64,000 nucleotides of DNA. Origin: Promethearchaeia archaeon. Its GTDB lineage: Archaea; Asgardarchaeota; Lokiarchaeia; Sigyniarchaeales; SOKP01. The DNA is taken from the NCBI GenBank assembly GCA_029856155.1, contig JAHQWL010000081.1, positions 32,001 through 96,000 of the forward strand. Direction: 5' to 3'. A model generated the notes under the pieces. That model was given only the letters and a program-made list of their open reading frames with translations, ran no database searches and was not told where the DNA came from. The number at the start of each line of letters is the position of its first letter. The first letter of the stretch is position 1. The position numbers were made by a program, and so were the translations under genes. This document shows, one piece after another, positions 29,329 through 40,820 of this stretch.

Positions 29329-30099
29329 ATGATGATTAAAGGAGTAATTTTTGATTTTGGTTTTACTTTATTCTATTTTGATAATCCTTCTGTTGAGAGG
29401 TATTATGAATGTTTTAAGAAAGGTTTACTAAAATCAATCGCTAGATTAAAAGAGAAGCAAGTTTGGAATGAAAACTTAACAAATGAAGCATTCGTGAAGA
29501 ATTTTAGTAAAAAAAGAGAGCATTTCTTTAGAAAAAGCCTTAAAACAAAAATGGAATACCCGACTTCTTTGATTTTCCAAAATGTTTTAGAATCACTCAA
29601 GGATGAGGAAATAATCGATAATTTAGATAATTTAACAGAATCTGCATATAACGAATTAGCTGAACTTTATCATTCCTGTGAAGAGGATGAATGGGAACCT
29701 TTTGAAAATACTAAAGAGACATTAGAAGAATTAGGTCTGAAAAATTTGAAACTAGCTTTAATCTCTAATCATCCTAATCATAAAACCATTAAAAATGTGT
29801 TAAAAAAACATGGTTTATTTAAATTTTTTAACGTTGTAGTAACATCTGCTAAATATGGGAAGAGAAAACCAGATCCAAATATCTTCTATCATACATTAAA
29901 GAAAATGGGTTTAGAGAATCAAGGTAATTCTGTAATTATGTGTGGAGATGAATATGCTGACATTATTGGGGCTGAAAGAGCGAACTTGCAATCAATTTTA
30001 TTCGAAAGAAAATATAAATTTCCCTTCGAAAAGGAAATTAATGTATCAAATTTAAGAAAGATCAATAATATTTCAGAAATCTTAGATTTTCTTGAATAA
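29329..30099 (+). CDS. HAD family hydrolase
   Basis: FDFGFTL, ISN, RKPDPNIF, CGDEYADIIGA. Confidence 0.9.
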   Translation: MMIKGVIFDFGFTLFYFDNPSVERYYECFKKGLLKSIARLKEKQVWNENLTNEAFVKNFSKKREHFFRKSLKTKMEYPTSLIFQNVLESLKDEEIIDNLDNLTESAYNELAELYHSCEEDEWEPFENTKETLEELGLKNLKLALISNHPNHKTIKNVLKKHGLFKFFNVVVTSAKYGKRKPDPNIFYHTLKKMGLENQGNSVIMCGDEYADIIGAERANLQSILFERKYKFPFEKEINVSNLRKINNISEILDFLE

Positions 30100-30130
30100 T
30101 TTTAAAAAAAAGGCAAGGAGTTTAAAATAA

Positions 30131-30205
30131 TGGCCTGGGGGGGATTTGAACCCTCGATATCTGGCTCCGCAAGCCAGCGCCCTATCCAAGCTGGACTACC
30201 AAGCC
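30131..30205 (-). tRNA. tRNA-Arg(GCG)
   Basis: GGCTTGG acceptor; D arm GTCC/GGGC; CTGGC-TT-GCG-GA-GCCAG; T arm GAGGG-TTCAAAT-CCCCC (one A-C mismatch); no encoded CCA. Confidence 0.95.
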
Positions 30206-30342
30206 ATTATAATCTTTATATGTAATTCTTGATAAATAATTATTTTCTCTAATAAGTATTGTATTTATTTTAATATTTCAAGATTAAAAATGTAATCTAA
30301 TGCAAAAAAATTAAAAAAAAGATAAAAAAAGGGTTAATAATG

Positions 30343-33300
30343 CTAGTATTCTCTCATAATTTCTGTATAGAGATTCTCAATAAATTTGCTAAAATTGTCT
30401 TTATCATATTTGACATTAAGTAAGTGCCATAATATCTTTGGAATATGCTTTTGATCTTCATATACGGGAATCAGTTTTATCAAACCTTCTTTTCTCATTT
30501 GGAACGCTGCTTGCCATTCATCTTTTACAGCTTTAGATTTCACAGAATTTTCGCTACAAAAGAGTAGAAAGGTATTACTTACTTCTAGTGTTTCTTCCAT
30601 GAATTCTACGATGTTTGGTTTGCTATCTTTTTCCCAATACGAGACTTGGTTGATGTTAGGATACTTTTTGAGCTCTTCACAATCTTTTCTATCTGAAAAT
30701 GATCTCGATCAGCGGTAGAATAACTTATAAAGAGATTATACTTTTTTTCTTCCTCTTTCTTTATTATAGGTGGAGGGATAACCGCTTTTTTTATTTCTCT
30801 TTCTTTAACGGGTGGAGCTACTTCTTCCTTTATAACTGGTTTAGAAATTTCTACTTCTAATTCTTTACAATCTTCAACCTTTTCATTTGCTCTGTTAAAA
30901 ATGTAGTAGAAATCATACATATCCGCGGTATCTTGAATTTTTCCTAAATTTTTATAAGCTAATTTAATTTTCCTTTCCCTTATGAGATAATCGACAAAAT
31001 CCAGCTTTTCTTCAAGTTTAGCTCTAACTTTTTCTTTTTTCTTCTCACTTATTTCTTTTTCCTTCTTTGTTGGAATTGATATTCTCTTTTTTATAATTAT
31101 GGCTGCCCCCGTAACTCCAACAACTACTAAACCAATTATCAAAACGATTATTAAAATATCAAAAGGAAATCCACTAGGTAGCCTTGGTAAAATATTATTT
31201 AAACCAATATTATTTCCAACACCCGTATCTACAATTGCTTGACCATTATTCAATAGAGTGTTCCAATCAATAGAATTATAGTTAGACTGATCCAGAAATA
31301 TTCCTATTCCGTTGTTGTTTATTATATTATTTGTTATATTATTATAATGACTGTTAGATAAATGAATACCATATAGCTCGTTAAAATTTATTGTCTCTTT
31401 ATTATTAAGGATATCGATATTACTACAATCAATCAATACAATTCCAGACCTCTCATTGTTATTAATTGAATTCTCTGTTATCAAAATGTTTTGACAAGAA
31501 TCTAAAATTATTCCATTCGCGTTATTAAACGAACAATTATTATAGATTAATTCACCATTTATCGTTGAGTCTAGTTTAATTCCCCCATCATAAAGATCGT
31601 CGCCAGAATTATAAAAAGTACAATTTTCAATCCTGAAATCTACATTCGAATTTCTAATTGTAAGACAACTAGTTGAATTCAAGCCATCAATTGTAATTAA
31701 TCCAATTATATATGGATCATTTAAAGTACCAGAACCATAAATCCATGCTAATTGGCTAATACATTCTACCCACGTAAAATCTCCAGTTCCACTATCATCA
31801 ATAATAATTGGATCTGTGAAACCATTTTCAACATTCCAATTAAAGATATTATTTACACCACCACTTTCATAGATACTATATAAGTTTCCAATGAATACAT
31901 TACCTATGACCTTAGTATTATTGCTGCTCCATAAATACAGTCCCGCAAAAGTGTTATAATTTGCTATATTACTTGCAACGATGGCATTATTGCAGTTCCA
32001 TACAAATATTCCATTCCAACCATTATTATCTACGATATTTCCTACAACTTTAATATCTTGACCATCATATATGTCTATTCCATTGTCACCATTAAAGGTA
32101 ACATTGTTGTTCATTATAGTATTGTTATTACTTGAAGATGATAAATAAATGCCTTTTTGGTCATTATTAAAAGCTGAGTTTTCTGAAATTGTATTATTGT
32201 TACTTAAACCTAAATACATCCCATCAGAATTTTCATTTAAAATGTTTCCCGAAAGAATATTATTATGACTTACTTCTAAAAATATTCCAGACTCTTCATT
32301 ATTGTTTACTATATTTCCATCAATCGTAACGTTTTGACTTTGGTATAACCCAATTCCGACACCATTATTATTTGAACAGTTATTGGTTATCAATTGTCCA
32401 TTAATAACATTTGTTAATTTAATACCTGCATTATACACTCCTGAACCGGAATTAGAAAGTGTGCAACCTACTATCTTAAAAAATACCGTAGAATCCCTAA
32501 TTTCTATGCAGCTACTTGAATTTTGACCATCGATAATTAAATTTTGAATTATAAACGGATCAGAGTAGCTGCCAGAACCTGTACACCAAATAAACAGATA
32601 AGCTGCTTCTACCCATATAAGATCGCCTCCTCCATTGTTATCTATAACAAATGGAGAAAGCATTCCATCAAAATAATTTAAAATAAAATTGTTATTTACA
32701 CTTTCAAATTCACTAATGTGTTGAAATAAGTTCCCAATGAATGAATTACTTATAACATCTGTATTATTGCTTCTATATAACCTTAATCCGAATAAATCGT
32801 TATTACTTAAAGTGTTTCCAATAATTGTATTATTATTGCTTTCCCACAACCACATTCCATAATCGTTATGGTCTACCGTATTTCCTATTACTGTATTATT
32901 ATGACTATGAGCAATAAATATTCCTTCATCATTATAGGAAAAATTATTATTTAAGATCCAATTGTGATTACTTGAAGATTCTAAATAAATCCCTCTTTGG
33001 CCAATATTATTAAAAGCTGAATTATCTGAAATGTTATTGGCGGTACTTAATCCTAAATAAATCCCAGAATAATAATTCTCATTACAAACATTTCCCGAAA
33101 GACTGTTATTATGACTTGTTGCTAGAAATATGCCATACTCATCATTATTACCTGCAGTATTTCCTGAAATTGTAATATTTTGACTATCAGATAAACGCAT
33201 TCCATTGCCGTTATTATTTGAAAAGTTATTGGATATCAATTGTCCATTAATCACATTTATTAATACGATTCCTGCATTATCTAGCCCTGAAGAAGAATTA

Positions 33301-35645
33301 AACGTTATACAGCCTACAATTATAAAATACTCATCGGAGTTCTTAATCGTGATACAACTGCTTAAATTTAATCCATCTATAATTAAATTTTTTATAGTAT
33401 AAGGATCCTTAAATGTTCCAGATCCAGAACACCACGCTAATTTATTTGATGCTTGATCCCATTTAAAATCCCCTCCCCCACTATTATCAATGGTAAATGG
33501 AGAACTTTCATTATTAATAACATTCCAATGAAATGTATTATTAAAGCTATTTATTTCATTATACCATCCGTTTACATTATCATTCAAAATATTACCACAT
33601 ATAAAGCTGTTATTACTATCATGTATAGTTAATCCAAAATCATAGTTTTCTTTAATTAAATTTGCGATAATAAAATTATCTTCACAATTATATAAATAAA
33701 GCGCGCTTAAAGTGCTCTCTGTTATAGTATTTCTTGAAACCGTATTATTATAAGAGTCTGAGTATAACATAATTCCATAAGTGTTGTCTCTAACTAAATT
33801 TTCTAGAACTGTATGATTATTACCAAAAGATAAAAAAATCCCATACATCGAATTAGATTGTAACAAATTTCCTAAAATGGTACTATTTTGACACCAGGCC
33901 ACAATAATTCCTCCTAAATTATTGTTATTTAAATTGTTACCTGAAATGGTGCTATCATCACTCCAACTTTGAATCCCACGTTCATCATTATAACTTATGT
34001 TATTTCCTAAGATTTTACTATTATCACTGTGAAAAATATGTATACCATCGTGAACATTATGGTTTACGATGTTTCCTATAATAGTACTATTATCACCTTC
34101 CCAAATGTATATTCCATTTCCATTATTATTTGAACAATTATTACCTATTAATGTACCGTTATTTGAATGGTCTAACTTAATTCCTGCATGATTTAAACCT
34201 GTGGCGGAATTAAAAACTGTACAATTTTCAATCTTAAAAAAAACATCAGAATTCTCAATTGTGATACAACTGCTTAAATTTAATCCATCTATAATTAAAT
34301 TTTTTATAGTATAAGGATCATTAAGAGTTCCCGAACCAGAACACCATGTTCGAGTTTTAGCCCAATTCCAGTTATTAGATGCACTATCATCAATGGCAAT
34401 CTTACTTCCATTATGTCCATCATCCCATAAAGGGAAATGATCTTGACCTCCTGCAATACCTGAAATATTATAAGGTGAATCTCCAATACCATCATCATTT
34501 TGATCTATTCCTGTATAATCATCCCAGAAATTTCCCATATTTGTTTTATTCCACTTATTATTTGTACCAGTACCTCCATCAAAAGCGTTAATTCCATTTT
34601 TAATAAAAGAATTATTATAAAAAAGATTATGATTACTATCTGTGAATGCGTCTTCAATATAGATACCACTATTATTATTTTCATGAATCTCATTATTAGT
34701 GAAATTATTATAATCACATTGATCGCTTAACCATATTCCAATGTCATTTTTACTCAAATTATTTCGCGAAAGCACGCTATTATCAACATACATGAAATAT
34801 ATTCCTTCACTAGTACTATTATATATTATATTATCAGAGACTGTGTTAAAATTACTATGCTGTGAGAAAATACCCTGATCATTATAATATAATGTATTTC
34901 GGACAATAATATTACTATCACCGGAGAAGTAAATCCCACTATGACCATTATTATATATTTTATTGTCTGTAACATTATTATGGTTACCACCCGATAAATA
35001 AACTCCAATCCAACCATTATCAATAGTATTTTCAGAGATTATATTTTGGGTACTTATAACCTCAATAATTGCATTATGGCTATTATCAATAGTATTTATT
35101 GAGATGTTATTTTGATGACTGTATCTTAGAGCTATTCCTGAATCTCCATTATCTTTTAAAGTGTTTCCTGTGATTGTGATATTATTACAGGTTTCAATCC
35201 ACATTCCAGAACGTCCGTTATTAGAACAATTATTGTTTTCTATTGTTCCATTGTTGACATTTTCTAAAAAGATTCCCCCATATAGATTATCATCCTTTGA
35301 ATTAAAGAGAGTACAGTTACGAATGATAAAATATACATTAGAATTCCGAACTGTAAGACACCTAGCAGTCGTTTGTCCATCAATCGTTACATTTTCAATA
35401 ATATATGGATCACTCCATGTACCTGAACCTGAGCACCAAGGTTGACCTACTGCCCAAGTCCAATTATTACTAGGATTTAAATCATTAATAAGAATTGGAG
35501 TACCGGTGAGATCCCAATATCCTGCATTTTTTAAGCTAGTTTCATAATTATTGTTAGGTTGATCAAAAGTATCTAAAATGAAATTAGTTAAAGTTATAAA
35601 TGTAATGATTCCCATTAAAGACATTATTTTTAAGTTCTTTTTCAT
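30343..35645 (-). CDS. Receptor-like protein: signal peptide, five NosD/parallel beta-helix modules, TM helix, TIR domain; 1-nt frameshift at ~30676 within the TIR
   Basis: ORFs 30606..35645 and 30343..30600 join into LFISYSTADRDHFQIEKIV/ELKKYPNINQVSYWEKDSKPNIVEFMEETLEVSNTFLLFCSENSVKSKAVKDEWQAA...LIPV. Confidence 0.88.
33349..34319. repeat. 59-bp exact direct repeat (33349-33407 and 34261-34319) within beta-helix modules
   Basis: GTGATACAACTGCTTAAATTTAATCCATCTATAATTAAATTTTTTATAGTATAAGGATC present twice. Confidence 0.9.
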
Positions 35646-35794
35646 AATTATTCAACTCTATAGATCATAATACCCTCTATTTTAATTCATAATTATGTTT
35701 TCTTAATATTTAAATCAATTTCTAATTGATATTTTAAAATCTTAAATCCTTAATAAGAATGTATTTTAAACATTGAATGAAATTTTGATCTAAA

Positions 35795-36472
35795 ATGAAA
35801 TATAATACTATTTATTCACAATATTGCATTATTTTTGATATGGATGGTGTCCTTGCTGACACAGGTCCTATTCATTTTGAGAGTTGGGTAAATTTAGGAC
35901 GAGAGATTGGAGTAGAGTTTACAAGAGAGTTTTTTGAACAAACTTTCGGTCAGCAATCACCTGCAATCACACAAAAATTAGTAGGTCCAGAAGCAGATGA
36001 AGAACTTATAGAAGAATGGTCTGATTTTAAAGAAAAAAATTATCGAGAAATTGTAAGGGACAAATTAGTGCCTTTACCCGGAGTTTTGGAAATTTTAGCT
36101 GATCTAAAATCAAAAGGTTTTAAACTAGCCATAGGGTCTAGCGGTCCATCTGAAAATGTAGATTTATTATTGACTAGTTTAAAAATAAAGTATTATTTTG
36201 ATGTTATTATTACCGCAGCAGAGGTTAAAAAAGGAAAACCCGAACCAGATGTTTTCCTAATTATTGCTAAGACTTTAAATATTGACCCAAAAAATTGTAT
36301 AGTTATTGAAGATGCGCCAGTGGGAATAGAAGCAGCGAAGAGAGCAAGAATGACATCGATTGCCGTTACAACTACACATAATAAGGTAGAACTTCTTGAT
36401 GCAGATTTAATTATAAAGGATTTAACAGAGATCAGTATTGAAGATATACTGAGATTATATAAGTTAAAGTAA
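35795..36472 (+). CDS. HAD phosphatase (beta-phosphoglucomutase-like)
   Basis: FDMDGVLAD, GSSG, GKPEPDVF, IEDAPVGI. Confidence 0.92.
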   Translation: MKYNTIYSQYCIIFDMDGVLADTGPIHFESWVNLGREIGVEFTREFFEQTFGQQSPAITQKLVGPEADEELIEEWSDFKEKNYREIVRDKLVPLPGVLEILADLKSKGFKLAIGSSGPSENVDLLLTSLKIKYYFDVIITAAEVKKGKPEPDVFLIIAKTLNIDPKNCIVIEDAPVGIEAAKRARMTSIAVTTTHNKVELLDADLIIKDLTEISIEDILRLYKLK

Positions 36473-36574
36473 AAATAACCAAGAAAATGAAATTTTTTAT
36501 TTTTTACTGTAATAGATTCTATCAATTAAATTAAATTAAATTTTTACAATATTTTAAAAAGAAGTGATAGATTT

Positions 36575-37540
36575 ATGATAAAAACGAAAGTTACAGAAAT
36601 GTTGGGGATAAAATACCCAATTTTCTGTGGAAATATGATGAATATAAGTTATCCCGCTTTTGCCGCTGCATGTTCAAATGCAGGGGCCCTTGGAATTCTC
36701 GCTTCAGTTATGTACAGAACATCTGAACCACTACGTGAAGCTCTTCATGAATTACAAACTTTAACGGATAAACCATATGCAGTAAATGTAAATTTATTTC
36801 CTATGCTCAAACCGGTAAAACAAATCGATTTAGTTAAAGCAATGATTGATGAAGGTGTTAAAATTATTGAAACATCAGGACATCAAGCTCCAGAAAAATA
36901 CATCCCTTTATTTAAAAAAAATGATATTATTTGGATCCATAAATGTGCGGGTTTGAGATACGCAAAAAAAGCAGCTTTATTAGGAGCAGATATAGTAGAA
37001 GTTGTCGGTTGGGAAAATGGGGGCGCTACCGGGCGATATGATATTGGTACGCTAGTACTAACACCTGCTACGGTTGATGCATTAGATATTCCTGTTGTTG
37101 CGGGAGGGGGGATTTCAGACGGAAGAGGTGTGGCTGCTGTTTTAGCATTAGGAGCCAAGGCAGCGTTAATTGGTACCCGTCTTTTAACTACTCAAGAATG
37201 TCCTATTCATGATAATTTAAAGAAAGCTCTAGTTAATATTAGTATCTATGATACAACTATCATTATGCGATCACTTAATGCTACTCATCGAGTTTGGAAT
37301 AATGATGCCGCTAAACTAGTCCTTGAGCTAGAAAACTCAAAAAGTGACCAAATGGAGATATTTAATGCTGCTGCCGGTGCAAAATCAAAGCTTATGTATG
37401 AAGAAGGTGATTTAACTGCTGGTATAATCTCTGTAGGGCAGGGTATTGGACTAATTCACGATATACCTACAGTTAAAGAATTAATTGATCGAATTATGAA
37501 GGAGGCTAATGATATCATTCAAAATCTTTACAATTCATAA
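36575..37540 (+). CDS. Nitronate monooxygenase / FabK-like flavoprotein
   Basis: LGIKYPI, SNAGALG, KPYAVN, PVVAGGGISDGRG, IGTR. Confidence 0.9.
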   Translation: MIKTKVTEMLGIKYPIFCGNMMNISYPAFAAACSNAGALGILASVMYRTSEPLREALHELQTLTDKPYAVNVNLFPMLKPVKQIDLVKAMIDEGVKIIETSGHQAPEKYIPLFKKNDIIWIHKCAGLRYAKKAALLGADIVEVVGWENGGATGRYDIGTLVLTPATVDALDIPVVAGGGISDGRGVAAVLALGAKAALIGTRLLTTQECPIHDNLKKALVNISIYDTTIIMRSLNATHRVWNNDAAKLVLELENSKSDQMEIFNAAAGAKSKLMYEEGDLTAGIISVGQGIGLIHDIPTVKELIDRIMKEANDIIQNLYNS

Positions 37541-37561
37541 AATACCAATTTTAAAGAAAAC

Positions 37562-38842
37562 ATGATGAGCTCAACAGAAGAGGCAATGGATAAATGGTTC
37601 GGTAATTTTCCATCTAAGCCATTTGCAGATGATTCTTGTTATCTTATCGGAGCTTGGGCCAATGTTAGTGTGATAAAAACTAATCAGGGTTTAGTTGTTT
37701 TTGATCTGTCCAATAGGATATATCATCGTCGCATATTCAATAAAATTCGAAAGTTTTCAGATAAGCAAATAAGATATATCATATATTCTCATGGGCATTT
37801 TGATCATTGCTTTGGATATGCTTCGATTGTTAAAGAAATCAAGAATAAAGGTTGGGAGATGCCTCAAGTTATTGCACATGAAAATATTTTAAATAGATTT
37901 GAGAAATATAGAGAATTAGACAGTTATCATAGTTGGATCAATAGTCAGCAATTTTCTTCACTAGGGAATATACCAAAAGAGGGGGTTTCTGCTCATGATA
38001 CACTCAACCCAACAATAATAATTCATGGAAATAACAAATATGACTTTAAATTAGGAAATTATTCTTTTGAGCTTTATCATGATAAAGGGGAAACAGATGA
38101 TAGCTTATGGATGTTTTTTCCTGAAAAAGAAGTTCTATTTTCTGGGGAGTTAGTATCGAATCCTACATTTCCTAATGTAGGAAATCCATTTAAAGTACAA
38201 CGTTTCCCTAAACAATGGGCTATAGCTATGGAAAAAATGTTAGAAAAAGATGCCAAATATTTGGCACCTGGTCATGGACCACTTATTGAAGGTAAAAAAA
38301 GTGTTCAAGAGGCTTTATCAATTAGAGCAGAAGTACTGCATTTTGTGTATGATGAAGTCGTAAAAAGATTAAATGAGGGAAAATGGTTCGAGCAAATTTA
38401 TTATGAGATGCTTGATATTTATCCTGAAAAATTCAAAAAACACAAATACCTAACTCCCGCATATGGTTGTTATCGATTTGCAATACATGCTGTTTATAGA
38501 CTTTTTCATGGCTGGTATACTACAGGAAATCCAACTGATCTTTTTCCCGCTAAATCTAATGAAATTGCAGAAGAGTTTTTAGCAATTAATAATGAGGAAA
38601 AATATCTTTCTCACGCAAAGAAATTATATAGTCAAGGAAAACTCCAATTAACTTTACATATTCTCGATGTAATAATTAAAGGTTCAAGTTCAATAAATAA
38701 AAGCGTACTTTTGGAAGCTTGTTCTTTAAAATCAATGATCTTAATGCAAAAAGAAGAACAAGAATCTTCATTCATAGCAAAAAATATACTAAGAAATGCT
38801 ATTAATGAATTAGAAACCAAAATTACAGAATTGAAAAACTAA
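37562..38842 (+). CDS. Metallo-beta-lactamase fold protein, alkyl sulfatase-like
   Basis: YSHGHFDH, GETDD, PGHG, GWYTTGNP dimerisation region. Confidence 0.85.
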   Translation: MMSSTEEAMDKWFGNFPSKPFADDSCYLIGAWANVSVIKTNQGLVVFDLSNRIYHRRIFNKIRKFSDKQIRYIIYSHGHFDHCFGYASIVKEIKNKGWEMPQVIAHENILNRFEKYRELDSYHSWINSQQFSSLGNIPKEGVSAHDTLNPTIIIHGNNKYDFKLGNYSFELYHDKGETDDSLWMFFPEKEVLFSGELVSNPTFPNVGNPFKVQRFPKQWAIAMEKMLEKDAKYLAPGHGPLIEGKKSVQEALSIRAEVLHFVYDEVVKRLNEGKWFEQIYYEMLDIYPEKFKKHKYLTPAYGCYRFAIHAVYRLFHGWYTTGNPTDLFPAKSNEIAEEFLAINNEEKYLSHAKKLYSQGKLQLTLHILDVIIKGSSSINKSVLLEACSLKSMILMQKEEQESSFIAKNILRNAINELETKITELKN

Positions 38843-38868
38843 AACAATTAATTTGATGAAAAAATTCA

Positions 38869-40629
38869 ATGAAAGATGAAGAAATAAGAGAAATTCTTTG
38901 GTTAAGTGGTTTGAAGAACGCAGTTAAATTTGATGGTAAGCCAAATAAAAAAGCTATAATGGGAAAGCTTATGGCTTCAAAACCAGATTTGCGCTCACAA
39001 GCTAAATCAATCATTCCTATATTGGATTGTATCATTTCTGAAATCTTAAAACTTAGTTTTAAGAAACAAAAAGAAAAATTATTAGAATTAGATCCTCATG
39101 CATTAGATAAAAAAGAAAAAACAGAAGAAGAAAAAGAATTACCAGAGTTACCGAACCTTTCTGAATTTGATAAAGTAATAATGCGTTTAGCTCCTTATCC
39201 GAGTGGAGCGTTACATATTGGGAACGCAAGAATGATCGTACTAAATGATGAATATGTCAAAAGATATAATGGTGATCTTATTCTATTTTACGATGATACG
39301 ATCGGAAGTCCAAAATCTTTACGAGATAGCCCTAAAGCTAAATACGTATTACCAGAAGCTTATGATTTAATTAAGGAAGGATTGGAGTGGTTAGGTGTAA
39401 AGTATAACAAAATTTATTACAAAAGTGATCGATTAGAGATTTTTTATGAATACTGTGAAAAACTCATCAAAGATAATATTGCTTACGTTTGTTTTTGCTC
39501 CGCCGATGAATTTAGGGAAAAATATAAGAAAAGTAAAAAAGATTGCCCACATAGGAATCAATCGATAGAAAAGAATTTAGAATTATGGAAGGCTATGCTT
39601 AATAAGGAATATCACGAAGGTAAAGCTGTAGTAAGACTAAAAACAGGAATGGACCAAAAAGATCCAGCTTTAAGAGACCAAATTATTATGAGGATTTCTG
39701 AAGCAGAACATCCTAGAGTTGGTAATAAATATACAGTATGGCCAATGTTAGAATATTCTTGGGCTATTGATGATTACCTAATTGGAGCAACTCATATATT
39801 GAGAGGTAGTGATTTAGTTAAAGAAGGTATTATCGAAGAATTTATTTGGGACCATTTTGGTTGGAAGAAAGCGGAGTTATTATATTATGGAAGACTCAAT
39901 TTTGCTGATATGAAATTAAGTAAAACTGAATCGAGAAATAATATTCAAGACGGAATCTATGAAGGATGGGAAGATCCAAGGACATGGAGTTTACAATCTC
40001 TCAAAAAACGTGGAATAAGACCAGAAGCATTAAGAGAAACATTACTTGAACTTGGTATGTCTCAGTCAGGAATAACTTTTTCTGTAAATTGGTTATATTC
40101 AAAAAATCAAGATATTATAGATGAAATCTCCAACCGTTACTTTTATGTTGAAGATCCAGTTTCAATTACAGTCGATAACATTCCTGAAAATATATACATC
40201 GCGGAACCTCTATTACATCCATCAGAGCCAAAAAAAGGAAAACGGAAAATAAATTGTATATCAAAAAATAACCAATTGAATTTATTGATTGCTTTATCTG
40301 ATGGGAAAAACTTGGATAAGAATCAAATGGTCCGATTAAAAGATTTAATGAATATCGAAATTAAGTCTGTTGATTTGAATAATAAAAAAATAAGTGCTTC
40401 TTATCAAAGTAAGGCGTTGGATCGAGATTTTCCAATTATTCAATGGGTACCAAAAGATGAAAATATAAGTGTGTCAATTTTAAAACCCGATGGGACAATG
40501 TCAAAAGGGAATGGAGAAATAAATCTTTTAAAAATACCCATGAACCAAACGATTCAATTCGAACGTTATGGATTTGTCAATCCCATAAATCTTGAAAACA
40601 ACCATCTTTTCTGTTATTTTACTCATTAA
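38869..40629 (+). CDS. gltX: Glutamate--tRNA ligase (archaeal)
   Basis: RLAPYPSGALHIGN, AYVCFC, THILRG, KLSK, WEDPR and QFERYGF. Confidence 0.97.
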   Translation: MKDEEIREILWLSGLKNAVKFDGKPNKKAIMGKLMASKPDLRSQAKSIIPILDCIISEILKLSFKKQKEKLLELDPHALDKKEKTEEEKELPELPNLSEFDKVIMRLAPYPSGALHIGNARMIVLNDEYVKRYNGDLILFYDDTIGSPKSLRDSPKAKYVLPEAYDLIKEGLEWLGVKYNKIYYKSDRLEIFYEYCEKLIKDNIAYVCFCSADEFREKYKKSKKDCPHRNQSIEKNLELWKAMLNKEYHEGKAVVRLKTGMDQKDPALRDQIIMRISEAEHPRVGNKYTVWPMLEYSWAIDDYLIGATHILRGSDLVKEGIIEEFIWDHFGWKKAELLYYGRLNFADMKLSKTESRNNIQDGIYEGWEDPRTWSLQSLKKRGIRPEALRETLLELGMSQSGITFSVNWLYSKNQDIIDEISNRYFYVEDPVSITVDNIPENIYIAEPLLHPSEPKKGKRKINCISKNNQLNLLIALSDGKNLDKNQMVRLKDLMNIEIKSVDLNNKKISASYQSKALDRDFPIIQWVPKDENISVSILKPDGTMSKGNGEINLLKIPMNQTIQFERYGFVNPINLENNHLFCYFTH

Positions 40630-40820
40630 ATCCTTTTTTTAAAAATTAAAGAAAAATATTTTCAATTACTATAAATCACTTGATTTAAAATCATACTTTA
40701 AAAAACACATCAAAATATTATGATTTAATAGACTCAAAGGATAAAATTTTAATAATCGAGTAGCAATTTGTAATATGAAAGAATTTTTATGATATAAAAT
40801 TTGAGAGAACACTTGTTTTT

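Noticed and set aside
30131-30205. tRNA-Arg as a pseudogene because of the A50-C64 mismatch
   Set aside because: All other stems and invariant bases are intact; a single mismatch is tolerable.
30343-30600. 85-aa ORF as an independent gene
   Set aside because: It is the C-terminal part of the TIR domain; its frame continues upstream to the frameshift point.
31200-35520. AAT/AAC-rich repeats as a diversity-generating retroelement target
   Set aside because: No reverse transcriptase and no template/variable repeat pair with adenine-specific mismatches; the Asn ladder of a beta-helix explains the composition.
30100-35800. TIR gene as part of an island integrated at tRNA-Arg
   Set aside because: The gene lies 5' of the tRNA; no integrase or tRNA-Arg end duplication was seen.
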